Under the pieces are notes generated by a model. It worked only from the letters and a program-made list of their open reading frames with translations, searched no databases and was not told the DNA's origin. Of a DNA stretch of 64,000 nt, positions 1 to 11,509 are shown piece after piece. Each line of letters starts with the position of its first letter. The stretch's first letter is position 1. Origin of the DNA: Eukaryota sp. TZLM1-RC (Eukaryota > Protista > Metamonada: BaSk clade); assembly GCA_040285825.1 (NCBI GenBank), contig JAUPSS010000008.1, positions 1,116,001 to 1,180,000 of the forward strand, read 5' to 3'. A program made the translations under genes and the position numbers.

Positions 1-1287
1 TTAGCACATGATTCAATGGTTACTCACTTTGTGTCAAGTTTTAATGAGCTTGAAGTAACTGGTTTACCATTGTCTGAAATAGAAATACTATTCTCTTACC
101 AATCAACTTTTGCTTCAATTGAGCCTACTTTAAACGATTGTGATTCAACTAGGATTAACCTGAATAACGAGTGTCATTGTAAGCCAGGAACAGTTCTTGG
201 TTCTGTAGGAGAATGTGAACCTTGTCCATTGGGTTATTATTTGGATAATCCTTTGCTAGGACAATGTATCAATTGTCCAATAACTAAAGTGACTAAATCA
301 ATAGGTTCTTCAAATATCAGTGATTGTGTTTGTTCCAAATCTGAGTTTGGTGTCGGAGTAAATTGTCTCAAGTGCCCAAAATTTGGTACTTGTGAATATG
401 GCGAATTAACAACTGTTTCAAACGGTTATAAATTCAACCCCGAAACAGGATCAATATCATGCCCTTATAAGTATTCGTGCAGAAATAACCAATGTAGGCT
501 TAATACAAAAGGAATTGATTGTACTGAGTGTATTGAAGGAACCAGAAGATATGGCTTTGTTTGTATTGGGACTAGTGGGTTTGGTTACCTTGTTGGTTTT
601 GTTTCCAACTTGGCTCTTGTTTTTTTATTGTTTGCCAGTGAATATTATTTGAAGTTTGCGATTACTTTTTACCACAAAGTTTTCAGGCAGTTTAATATAC
701 CTTCACTTTCATTAAATGTAAGTCGTTTACTAACTCAGTATAAAGCACAGATAGTCTGCCCTTTAAGAGTTTTGATGGTTTTGTCAATATTAATTAATGG
801 TAATGTTGTATTAATCACTCTGCCATTTTCCTTAAGTGCATCATTATTTGGAAATAGATTTGGTTTTTTGGAATTAATTGCTTGCTTTGTTTTTATTCAT
901 CTCTTTTGTAGGAAAATTCTGAATCATTCATTTTCGTTTAAAGACTCTTATTACAGCCATTTTTGCTTGTTTACAGGACTTATTGGGATCTATAGTAAAT
1001 TAATTGATCTTAGATTAGACGTTGAAGTTTTCTTGTTGTTTGGAATTTGTATCTACTGCTTTTTCATGATTCCTAAAACGGAATCATATAATGATAGGTT
1101 TAGATCGTTGTCAGCATCGTGTTTTTTAGCGTTGTTTATCCATTCCCCATATACAATTCTACTAATTACTCAAACAATTGTTTTTCTTGTTTTAATATTT
1201 CATTCTGGTAAACAAAATGCTGTTGTTTCTTATATAGGTTCTTTTTATAGCAGTGTTTTAGTTGTACAACACGTGGTGCATTCATGA
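1..1287 (+). CDS. C-terminal part of a large Cys-rich (GCC2/GCC3, ephrin-receptor-like CxxCPxG repeats) multi-pass membrane protein; 5' partial
   Basis: Frame is open from base 1. Repeated CEPCPLGYY / CINCP / CLKCP motifs are followed by several hydrophobic helices. Confidence 0.65.
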   Translation, partial: LAHDSMVTHFVSSFNELEVTGLPLSEIEILFSYQSTFASIEPTLNDCDSTRINLNNECHCKPGTVLGSVGECEPCPLGYYLDNPLLGQCINCPITKVTKSIGSSNISDCVCSKSEFGVGVNCLKCPKFGTCEYGELTTVSNGYKFNPETGSISCPYKYSCRNNQCRLNTKGIDCTECIEGTRRYGFVCIGTSGFGYLVGFVSNLALVFLLFASEYYLKFAITFYHKVFRQFNIPSLSLNVSRLLTQYKAQIVCPLRVLMVLSILINGNVVLITLPFSLSASLFGNRFGFLELIACFVFIHLFCRKILNHSFSFKDSYYSHFCLFTGLIGIYSKLIDLRLDVEVFLLFGICIYCFFMIPKTESYNDRFRSLSASCFLALFIHSPYTILLITQTIVFLVLIFHSGKQNAVVSYIGSFYSSVLVVQHVVHS

Positions 1288-1591
1288 CCAAACAGCATGA
1301 TTATCAGAGTTTATTGTCAGGAGTATGGTTATTGACTGGAAGCCAATTAGATGCAAAAAGTTCTATTTAATCAATGTGTTTGCCCTGTTATGTTTCTTGC
1401 ACTTTGTTTAGTTTATAGTACTTCACTTAAACATTTAAGGCGAGACTTTTCTTTGTTATCTATTTTGTTCCATTGCAGTGATCAATGATTCATCAGTTTT
1501 TGTCCATTGACTTAGTGCACCATACACTGCAGTAAAGACACTACCTACAATGTTAAAGAGAGTGATTTAATCTGTGGTTTTCATTTGAAAT

Positions 1592-2231
1592 CAGGGGTCT
1601 AAATGGTTCCACTCTTTTTGCAAAAACCAAACCAAACCAATAGCAAGAGGATAGAACCAAAACCAAACCGTTTTGTTTTTTTAAACCTCGTTTTTTAGCC
1701 ACATTGCTCAGTTTTTTTAAGCCAAATTGCCCTATTTTCAAATAAGATCTTCTTATAAAATTGTATAATCAGTAAAAAGTACTAATGAAACAACCAACAC
1801 TGGGGACCTACCAGGTTGTGTTCTACAGCAACTCATTTAACTTTTTCTACTTGACTCTATACTTTGAACCATTTCTGTGCTTAGTTTATTCTTATGTTTT
1901 TAATAGAGGTGGGAAGTGAGTGTACCGTGACTAGTTGCTGAAGAATACAGAGTTTCTCACTATTGATGTAGATATTTTCTTGTGGTGTGGAGGTAAAATG
2001 TTCCCATACAGCAGAATTCCGGGAACATGTAGGAGAAACAACCTCGACGACTGCTTGGTTTTAAAGATGGTCAATCAAGAAGTTGCGTATTGCTAGAAAT
2101 ACAATTGTGCACTTTTTTTTCTGATTTTCAGCAAAATTAAATACAAGATTTTATTTTATCTTTGGTTTTTGGGTTTGGTTTCGGTTTGGCTGCCAAGAAA
2201 TATCAATAACGAAAAACCATTTACACCCCTA
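1592..2231. mobile_element. hAT-like non-autonomous element (MITE)
   Basis: Imperfect TIRs CAGGGGTCTAAATGGTT (1592) and TAGGGGTGTAAATGGTT (reverse, ending 2231). Clustered subterminal AAACC repeats occur in opposite orientations at the two ends. No matching 8-bp TSD. Confidence 0.6.
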
Positions 2232-2286
2232 CTGAATGGACAAGCGTGTGTGAATTATCCATTTGAATTATGCTCACGTTCCCTAT

Positions 2287-4242
2287 TCATCTCCTCAACA
2301 GAGCATCTGGGCTAATGTATCTTTCCGGCCACAATTCCGCTTTCTTCTTAATTTGAATATTTTTTGCAGCGGAAATATCTCTGTCATATACTATTTGACA
2401 CTCAGTACAAATACGCATCTGCCATGAGCCCGCTTGAATATTCTCGGCCATGCAACAACTTGACATTTTGCTTGTATTAAATTCACTGGTTGACAAGTGC
2501 TTCACGTCCTTTTGATAACACAACCATTTTCTGAAAGCCCTTGCTGATCCATATCGATTGACTTTTCGGCAATGAGAAGGGAAATTAGCAGAACCCACAG
2601 CAAGATAGAGTTTTTCAGGATGCCCAGCCAGCCTTTGAAATTTGTTGAAACTCTCTCTGAACCGTCTCTCTTTTCGTCTGCGGTTATCAAATTTAATTAT
2701 TTTCCATTTCTGGCGATTACTTTCCAAATACACTTTCCTCCTGACCAAATTCCAATGGTTCAAATATTGGTTGAAATTTTGAACGGAATATTGGTTGGGA
2801 GAGTGTTTACTGGGTGAAGGTTTTGTCATGTATCTTCTGCCAGTTGGACAAGGGATAACTCCACATTGATTATCATTTAAAAAGTAACCACATAATCTTG
2901 ATTGGCCAAGATCAACGCCGATAAGGGGGCTTTCAGGTAAAATTTCGACTGGATGTCTACATCTTCGACGGGGCATTTTTTTAGTACCCTTCAACTGTGT
3001 TTCTCTGGTTTTGTTGGCATTAGGGTCACTTTTCATTTCATTTTTTGATCTTCTTTTCTTTTTCGGTGGTTCATCCAGCTCATCTGTGTTTTCTGAGTCA
3101 TTATTTTTACCTTCAAAGGTCAAAAGCAGTTCATTACCATTAGTTTTCAATAAAATTTTGTTAAATCTATTTTTCAAACTTTTTCTGTTGATATTGAATT
3201 TTTGGTAAGGACATTGTTTGAATACTCGTTTCAGACATGTATTTTTGATAAACTTTGTTTTGGAAGATCATCCTTCAATAATTGGAAATTTTTTCACAGA
3301 GTGGAAAATTTGTGAAGGTACCTCAATAAATTTAGAACCTTTATGAGAAGCTAAAGGTATTATTCTAAATTTCTTCCAGCAATGCATATGAGAAAAGAAA
3401 GTGAGTAAGTATTGTGAAATTTTAAGATTGAAGAGAAAAAGCTCACCAATTTCCTTTGATGAAAAAGTGATTTTATCATGTGAGGACAGTAGGGAGGCAG
3501 TGGTAGGAAATCTTTGAAAGAGATTCAAGATAAACTTACATGCATTTAATAAGAAGAATCTTTCTCTTGAATTATTCAAATTGAAATTGATGAGGTATTC
3601 AAGAACAGAATCAACTACTACTTCCTCGGGTTGGGCTAGTGGTTCATCTGGCAAAAGTGAAAGAATATTATTTACAAAGACATTTGTTTTATTCAGGGCT
3701 CTACAATGAGCACGAATAAAGTTTTTTGTCCAGGATTGACAAATTTTGGGTAAACATGTCTTAACGTTGGAGGCCAATTGACGAGCCTGACAAGCAAGGT
3801 AAGGAGAAAGCCCTTTTCTATTGATAAAATTACAGTTCTGGGACTGCAGCCAATCATTGAGGAAAAGATTGAATGAATTTCTGTAAGGCACTAAAGAATT
3901 TTCCCACACAGCAACAAGAGACCTGTCTTGTGGGCATTCAGGAAGAAATCCATTGTAAAAGATATGGAGTAATTGGCGTTGGCCTTTAGATGTGGAAGGC
4001 TTAGGAAAAGAACCAGTCGTGATGATGGTCATAAACAGATACCATACATCCTGTTCCACTAAAGCTCTAGATGCCAACGGAAAATTTAGAAGAAAAGATT
4101 GAAGTAATAAAGAAGCTTCATGACAAATCTCGGTGACCACAGGAAGGTCAGTCCGAATTTGTTGCACCGCTGCAGGGGTCAGCAGCGAGTTAAGTGCACA
4201 AGACCGAGTGAATACACGTGATACAGAGGGGGTGTCTGACAT
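2287..4242 (-). pseudogene. Fanzor: Fanzor (eukaryotic TnpB-like RNA-guided RuvC nuclease) copy 1, 651 codons with one in-frame TGA at 3268-3270
   Basis: ORFs 3268..4263 and 2287..3177 are in the same frame. The TGA is TCA (Ser) in both other copies. RuvC-I GVDLG, LAVGSANF, RuvC-II E in SEFNTSK, SSCC...CTEC Zn ribbon, RuvC-III DRDISAAKNI, NLS PPKKKRR. Confidence 0.9.
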
Positions 4243-4263
4243 GTAGTGAGTAAAAGAGCTCAT

Positions 4264-4409
4264 CTATCAAATTTTACACTTGTCACCCATTTTTGACTTC
4301 TGGTTGCCTATTCTGGGAGGTTTTTAACCCTCAACTTGGTTTTGGGAGGTTTTCACACACTATTCCCACACTTTCCCCTCACTTCATAAACTAGGTTCAT
4401 AAACTAGGT
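4264..4409 (-). promoter_or_regulatory. Conserved Fanzor 5' leader/left-end region
   Basis: Shared with ~59978-60124 and ~31873-31997, and present alone at ~45245-45340. Contains AAAACCTCCCA direct repeats and a 13-bp tandem TCATAAACTAGGT at the homology boundary. Confidence 0.6.
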
Positions 4410-5187
4410 ATCCTTTGCAATAGTTTCTGGAATTTCAACACTATGTAACTCATGAAAGACGCTCTCAGCATCATCAACAGATTAGTCCACGATACTTCTT
4501 TGTCTAAAGAACGTTTCTTTGTTGGTTTTGAGGATAGCTTTGGCGGTGTATTCTTCCTACCTCTTCACGATTTTCTTGCCTTATCTGTACCATCTCACAG
4601 AATTCGCTACATATCTAAAGGAAACTCAATTCTCTGGTCTCGCACAAAATGAATCAACCTTATTGGCTCTGTTGCACCTTCTGTTTCTTTATTCTCATCT
4701 CCAACACCTGGTGTTCTCTCCCGATATTTTCCTCCTCATGCTACTGGTAGAAAGAATTTCCAGTTACCCTTCTTCTCTAACATTGTTTCTTGTAGTGTAG
4801 GTATTCATCATACATTGGCACTCTCTGCTTGTGGTAATTGCTATGGATTTGGTCTGAACAAATCTACCAATTAGGCAACAACTCAATGGAAAATAAATTC
4901 CACAGAAATGATACTATCAATAATGATTGAAGTTTGTTAACAATAATTGAGTTCTGCGAAACAGTGAAAAGATTTCTGTATGTATGTTATCATGAAGCTT
5001 CAGTTGTTTTGATGAACACACAACCATCCTTTTATGAACAGCAATTATAAATCCTCTATTAATGAGAAAAACATTAAAACAGCCAACAAAAGATTCACAT
5101 ATTTACACTGTTGTGACAGCATGTCAATGCTAAAACATTAAAATCAAATAATTAAGCCATATTTATTTCTATGCAATACAAATCCAA

Positions 5188-5482
5188 CTATCCTTGTTGT
5201 TGAGCTTTCATTGACAAGCTTCTTCCTAAAGTTAAAAAATGATCATAAGGTAACAAACCAGCAGCTATAATTTCATCACACAACAATAATTGAGAAGAAA
5301 TAACAGCAGATGAACGAATCATATTTCTTAAAACACAATAGTTGTCCCAAATTCCAAGTTCCTTTGGATCACAGGCTTCTCCAGAAAAGACATCTAAACC
5401 AACAATGCCACCCTCTTCGGCTTCTTCTTGCAAGTTGATAATAGTCTCTTCAGCATCAAGACCAGAGTTTTGAGCAAGTGTT
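5188..5482 (-). pseudogene. CCT6: 3' fragment of chaperonin CCT zeta gene, including a 33-nt intron
   Basis: TLAQNSGLDAEET...GIWDNYCVLR...LLLCDEIIAAG matches the CCT6 C-terminus. GTTTG...TTAACTTTAG intron. No 5' part of the gene. Confidence 0.8.
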
Positions 5483-5494
5483 TATCTCAATAGG

Positions 5495-5588
5495 TCAGAA
5501 ACACAAAAAAGGGATTAGGGAGGGATTAGGGAGGGAAGGGAAAAAAAAAGGGATTTGTACTAGTATTCAACCTAAAATTCAACCACAG
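5495..5588 (+). promoter_or_regulatory. G-rich conserved upstream motif (copy A, before YIF1)
   Basis: TCAGAxACACAAAAAAGGGATTAGG...GGGAAGGG...AGTATTCAACCTAAAATTYAACYACAG, also found at 39887-39963 and 58801-58892. Ends 12 nt before the ATG at 5601. Confidence 0.65.
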
Positions 5589-5600
5589 AATAATCTTATA

Positions 5601-6275
5601 ATGTTCTCTCCTCGAGTTACATCTCTCAGCAACAATGCTATCAACATAGGTTCAACATTTCTCAAGTCGTCCCCGCTGACAAGCCTTTCACCGTTTATAT
5701 CAAAACTAAAGTTTTACTATACTGTCAGTACATCTTATTGCATCAACAAAAGCAAGCTACTTATCTGGCCACTATCCTATCGCACATTTTCTCCTCGGTC
5801 AGCCAGCACTGAACGGTATCCACCCAATGAGGATGTACACGCTCCAGATTTGTACATTGGTACTGTCTCTACTCTCTTATTCTTCCTTTCTATTTGCTTC
5901 TCTTGCTTCATCAACTCTCTTACATCGTCATGTTCTATTTCCTTTTCTACAAAGGCTTGGTTACTATTTTGGTCGCTGACATTGGCTACCCTCGTTGCAC
6001 GAGGTTCTCTAACAGCTCTTTTAACTGACCACTACATCTCTATTCTTGATTCATTATCTCTTCTTTCTTATTCCCTCTTTTATACCAGTCTGTGTAGACT
6101 TTTGGACTTGGTTATGCCATCAATCAAATGGCTCGTAATTGGTTATTCTTGTGTTGTATATGCTTTTTATTTGTATAGTAGCGTTTTAGCATTAATTCCT
6201 GATAAGCAAAATAAGGTTATTCCAACAATTTTTATGGCTTTAGGAATTACTTTGATAATAATTCTATCCTTGTAA
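5601..6275 (+). CDS. YIF1: YIF1/Hrf1 family ER-Golgi trafficking membrane protein
   Basis: YYTVSTSYCINKSKLLIWP and PPNEDVHAPDLYIG match YIF1 motifs, followed by ~5 TM helices. First ATG is at 5601. Confidence 0.75.
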   Translation: MFSPRVTSLSNNAINIGSTFLKSSPLTSLSPFISKLKFYYTVSTSYCINKSKLLIWPLSYRTFSPRSASTERYPPNEDVHAPDLYIGTVSTLLFFLSICFSCFINSLTSSCSISFSTKAWLLFWSLTLATLVARGSLTALLTDHYISILDSLSLLSYSLFYTSLCRLLDLVMPSIKWLVIGYSCVVYAFYLYSSVLALIPDKQNKVIPTIFMALGITLIIILSL

Positions 6276-6339
6276 ATAAAAAGTTTCAACTCAAATATTA
6301 CAATATTCAGTATAAATATACAATAAATCTTATCTTGAC

Positions 6340-6936
6340 TTACAAATAAGGACCAAATCTTCTTGGGGGCTTTCTCTTCCGTGAACTTCTTCTGAGTGGG
6401 GCTTGTGGGTTAGCTGAATCTGCTGTGGATTTGTTTTTCTTGAGTGGAGGTTCTACTGGAGGAGCATCTTTGTTAGGTTTGGCTTTGGATTTTTTCGTTC
6501 TTGTTGGCCTCTTAGAACAGTCACTTTTGGTTTCCTTGTTTCCATCGGATACTTTTGAACTTGATATAGAATATGGAGAGGCTTCCACCACAGGTCCTGT
6601 ACTTTCTCCATGATCGGTAATATCTTCAAATTCCAAACAATCGTTGGACTGGTCATGCTCTAGTGAGTAACGTCGACTAAACTGTCGTCGTAACTGAGGA
6701 GAATCCTTTTCTATAGATTTAAGTATCGATTCTGCTTTTTTTTGAGGAGAAGGAAGATCAAGGTATTTGGTCAGATCAAAGTTTCCACGAGAATCAATGA
6801 ATGGCTGTATATCAGGCACTGTAACACCTGTATAACGACCACAGTTGGGCCAATCTGGATGTGGAGCAGGTAGGGGTAATCGTGTCAAACCAACCCACAT
6901 CTGTTGATAGGGAGATAGTGGTGTTTGTGATGCCAT
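6340..6936 (-). CDS. Hypothetical basic low-complexity protein
   Basis: 198-aa ATG-initiated ORF with a Lys/Arg-rich C-terminus (LRRSSRKRKPPRRF). No recognised domain. Confidence 0.4.
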   Translation of the reverse strand: MASQTPLSPYQQMWVGLTRLPLPAPHPDWPNCGRYTGVTVPDIQPFIDSRGNFDLTKYLDLPSPQKKAESILKSIEKDSPQLRRQFSRRYSLEHDQSNDCLEFEDITDHGESTGPVVEASPYSISSSKVSDGNKETKSDCSKRPTRTKKSKAKPNKDAPPVEPPLKKNKSTADSANPQAPLRRSSRKRKPPRRFGPYL

Positions 6937-7319
6937 TGACGAAGAAGTTCTCTATAGCGTCAACAGACTGTGTAACAGTGATACTAATGTAGAATTGAAT
7001 AGAATTAAGTGAGTTTTTTATGGATGTATAGGATGAATTGCATCAATTCAATTTCCATTTGAAGAGGAGTCGGTGTTTGAGTTGCATGATGCCTGAATTG
7101 CAACAAAGCATAATTCTTCTGTCTTCTTTTTATTACTTATGTCTTTAGTGAAGACCTGTGAATATGTCAAAGTGTTGGGTTGTTTACTCTCAGAACTCTG
7201 AAGTGTGGTAAAGATGGTAAATCAAATGTCCTTAATTACTGACCCCGGCCGATAATGCTTGTATTATAACTAATTCGCAAATGATCCATAATAAACGAAA
7301 ATATTTCCTATATTTTCTA

Positions 7320-7740
7320 TGCAATTTGGAGAGGTATATTAAGTCCGTTTATTTAGCTTCAGTGTTTTCCTCAAGATTTTCAAGAAATTCCAAAATGATC
7401 TCTCCCTAATTTGTGTTTTTGTTTGAAAAAGGTCCAATACCAACTTGTTAATTTGTATGAAAGCTTAAAATAGGACTTGGCTTGGCCAAAACGCAATTCC
7501 GCTTCTGGTTATTGTTTAAAAGAAATTCGTAATAGTTCTGCTGCAGCTTCAGTTATTCAAATTCATTCTATTTATGGACTTTTTTCAAAGGACAATCATT
7601 GGGTTTTTAACATGCGTTTTCGTTGTTTTCTATTGCCAAACAATTTGCATCATCATTTAACCTGTACATGTGGAAAACCTCTTTTGTTTAATCATCTTTT
7701 GAACTGTAAACATTTTGATACATTTAAATGCAAACATGAC
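7320..7740 (+). mobile_element. Fragment of CRE-like non-LTR retrotransposon (family B)
   Basis: WVFNMRFRCFLLPNNLHHHLTCTCGK...HLLNCKH...HD aligns to the Zn-knuckle region of ORF 16999..18750. Confidence 0.7.
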
Positions 7741-7759
7741 AGAGATGCATTTAGCATAC

Positions 7760-8742
7760 AAACAACAGAACGAGTAGTTGGAGAAGCAGTAAAGACGAGA
7801 ATAGATGAGGACTCGGGCTCGAGACCACCCTCCGCTCCTCCTCATGGAAAACCGATGGAACCAAGCTTGGAAATACCTCCCGCCTCTTCCAAGTCCAACA
7901 TAATGCCACAAAAAATTTCAGGAACGGGACCACCCCCCTCCTCTCCAAAAAACGCAAATGTTGGTCAAAGTACTGAAACTTCGACAGTTCTACGTGGATA
8001 TGAAGAACTTCAATCCCTACTAGACGAATTGGATGACGAAGAGAAAGAACTTCGCCAACAAATAATGAAGGATGCGAAGGCTCACTGCGAACCCACAAAT
8101 TACTGTTTGTTTGAGCAGGTCCCTCCTTTATGGAAGCAAATTCCAAAAATAGAAAGAAACGTTAGATTCCATGTTCTGGGCCATAAAGAAGACCCTGAGA
8201 GAGTTTATGAGATCCCTCAAAACAAAGCTATAGAGTTAATTAAGGCATTGGACAATCTGAGTAGAGACACCTATGGACGTGGCGCAGAACACCGGCCCAG
8301 GCTGACCGGTATGGATAAATGAATCCATGAGATTCTGGCTAAACCAATCAAAGACAGTCCTGATTAGGAAGCCATTCACTTGGATCAATTCGGGAGAAGG
8401 ATCAGGTTTCTAGCTATCGAACAGAGGAGCAGAACCGATACCGATGACATCCTGGAAACAAAATTGCCGGCATGGATGGATTCGTGGTTTGACACGATTA
8501 TCCATAACTATTCAAAGGTTACGGACGGCGCTCCTACCTGTTTCAGACAGTATATGGAACAGGCAGACTGCGAAAATCCAAGTAAACTGGAACCCGTCAG
8601 CGAGTTTTTCGACGCGGGCGCTCTTGATAGCATACTTACGGAAAGCTCTAGCGTCTCCACATTTAGAAGCCGTCCCAACAACTTTATTCAGCAATTGGAC
8701 ATATTGCTCGAACACGCACCAATGTTGAAAAAAATGATGTGA
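7760..8742 (+). pseudogene. Broken Pro/Ser-rich ORF, possibly the gag-like 5' region of an LTR element
   Basis: ORFs 7477..8322 and 8380..8742 are in the same frame, separated by stops. Higher GC than the flanks. No diagnostic motif. Confidence 0.3.
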
Positions 8743-8749
8743 CAAATTC

Positions 8750-11500
8750 TGAAACAAAATGTAAAAGAAAATTTATTTGAAGAAAAGAGTAAAATCAATA
8801 CACAATTCTCCACAAGTTGTTGCAAAACCAGTTAACAATCGATTCAAACACAAAACTTGCAACAATTGTGGTATTTCTTTTAGAAAAAATACAAAAGAAA
8901 AAACGGCTGATCGAAGCTTGAAATGATGCATAGTTGATAACTACCATCCTCCCATAAAAATACCTCAATAAATTCATCCGTCAAAATGCAATGAATTTGC
9001 TATCGTTTTTAAAAGATTTTTAGATCAATTATGTAAAGGAAAGTATGCTATCAATTTTCTTCGGGAATTTTTTTGTTCATTTCGTTCTCCTTTTCAACAA
9101 AATTTCGTAAATAATTTCGAAGATTTAACTAATATAGCACCGAGAAAACAGTCATCTGAGAAATTAAGTATAATTTTTGAAGACAAATGCTTTGCCAACA
9201 AATGGTCCAAGGCGTTGTCAGTTTTAAGCCATGCAGTTAAAGCACCTAACAATGAACATACAATAGATAAACTTAAAATACTTCATCCTTTGGAAGACCC
9301 TATAATGGATCAAAATTTCTACGGGACTTACTGGGAAAATTTTCCATTAATGGCAACAGAAGTATTTTCGGTGATAAACCAAGACCACGCGGTAAGTCTA
9401 CCGGACTTTCTGGTATTACTATCGATCATGTAAAAGCCGCAATTATTTCTTCAGAGGATTATCTTGGTTTATTAACCAAATTTTTCAACAAAAAATTGAC
9501 TGGTCAACTCAGATATCCAGAAGAATTAAGAAGTTCTCGTTTAACTGCACTTGTCAAAAATTCAAAAATGCATGTTCGACCAATTGCAGTCTCTGAGAGC
9601 TTACAAAATATTTTTTCTGCGTGTTGCTTGAGTAGGTTCATTGAGAAAGCAAAAAAGATTTTATTGCCCTTTCAATATGGAATTAATACCACTGATGGAG
9701 TGTCTTCAGCGATATTTGCTACTGATGTATTATTTCGTCAAAATGAATCCAATGTTTGTATGTCATTGGATTTTAGTAATGCATTCATTCAAAAGACGTT
9801 GCAGTATTCATGGTGCTTTATTGCAATATATACCGGAATTAATGCCGTATTTTCAATCAACATATAGCACATGTTCTAATTTACATTTTGGTGATAGCAT
9901 CTTGAGTTCATCAAGTGGTGTAACACAAGGGGATCCGTTAGGACCTTCTTTGTTTTGTTTGGCCATTCATCCTATTTTATTGCAAATTCAAGAGATGTTT
10001 CCTTCGCTAAAAATGATTGCATATATGAATGATGTTGTTCTTATGGGTGATTTAATTATTGTGAAACAAGCAACTGTATGTTTTAAAGAATTATTCACCA
10101 AAATTGGTCTCCAACCTAATTTACTTATATGTGTTTTGTTATCGAATTCTCCAGTTTTTACAATAGTTGATGGTATTAAAATTCAATCCAAAATATATTC
10201 AATTGATGCTATTCGTCATTTGGGTTCGTTTTTAGGAAATTATGATGAAATCACCAAAAAAATTGTTTGAAAAGTTGAACTCAATTTCCGACAAAATTGA
10301 CCGAATGATGAATTTAGATATACAAAAACACAAATTTACCATTACAAGACTGTGTTTTAGTTCCAATTTCAATCATATTTTTCGATCTACAAATCCTCTT
10401 GTCACGAGGCCTTTGGCTCAGAAATTTAATGAATTACGTGCAAAAGTTCTGTCGCGATTACTGGGATGTAAAATGTTCCAAATTCCAGATCATGCTTACC
10501 TTAGTCCACATTATGGCGGTTTAGGGTGGACGAAGGCTTCTGTTCTTACCTCGTGTGCTTTTGTTGGAGGATGCAGAAATGCAATCTTTGAGTTTTCCGA
10601 AAGATTTGCAGATTGGGATTTATTGATGACAACGCAAAGTTCCACTGATTTTGCATTAAATGAAGAAATTTCAACAATTGATGTAGAAAAATGGGGTCGA
10701 TGTTTTCCCCAATCATTCAATGGCAATATTCCAGAAAAAAATGTTTTAAATTTGAAGTACACTCTTCGAACATTACAGAAACGATTGACTGGAATGTATG
10801 AAAAAGATCTTTATAATAATATATGCAGCTCGGCTGTTTTAAATCAAGATCTTCATTCATTGTTATTGGAAAAGGGTGTTTGTGAAAACCAGTCATCAGA
10901 TTCCTCACTGTTTGTAACCATTGTACCACGAAGATTTGGATTGTGTGCCACTAATGAAGCATTTGTAACAAAAATGAGATTATATTTGAATATCCCCGTT
11001 AAGCAATTATTATCAAAAGAAAAATGTATTTGTTCGAATTCACCTCAACTCACTTTGCGCCATGCTCTTAATTGCTCTAAACTGATAACTTATCGTTCTT
11101 CATTACATGATGCTGTCAGAGACACTGTTTTTAAGCAAAAGAGAAACATAGAAAATATGATAAAGATATTGAAGAGGCTAATGTCGGTAGAAATACACAG
11201 CTTGTTTTTATTGCTTTCCCATTTTCGATAAATGGAAGATTATCAGTTGAAGCAGAAACTTATTTGAATGACTTCCAAAAAATGGTGCAAGAAAAAAATG
11301 AAAAGATTTGATATTTTTTATGGCGTTCACGGATTCAATTTGCCATTATCAATAGATTACCACGGTTTATCAATCGAATAAGAGAAGCTTTAGCTAGACA
11401 ACAAGCAGATCAAGATTTTGTTGAGGAAATCTTGGTTCAATGATAGTCGTCCCATTAGTTATGAGTTAATTAAATTAAGTGTGCAAATTCAATAAATACA
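8750..11500 (+). mobile_element. Degenerate CRE-like (RLE) non-LTR retrotransposon, family A
   Basis: RPIAVSE, LDFSNAF, GVTQGDPLGP, AYMND (YMDD) RT motifs and a CxC...H..C...HDAVRD knuckle, with frameshifts. The 3' end ...CAAATTCAATAAATA is shared with other copies. Confidence 0.85.
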
Positions 11501-11509
11501 AATTCACAA

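Noticed and set aside
3268-3270. Programmed TGA readthrough or a two-gene Fanzor
   Set aside because: Both other copies have TCA here, so it is a point mutation (or base-call error).
4452-4800. Small ORFs (66 and 93 aa) identical in both cassette copies as Fanzor accessory genes
   Set aside because: The identity reflects recent duplication, they have no recognisable domain, and the opposite strand reads as a stop-riddled relic.
5511-5540. Telomeric repeat array
   Set aside because: Only two TTAGGG units, embedded in a recurring upstream motif.
7477-8322. 281-aa ORF as a real gene
   Set aside because: Chimera of a CRE-like fragment and unrelated sequence. Likewise 24527..24991 and 28982..29296 are junction artefacts.
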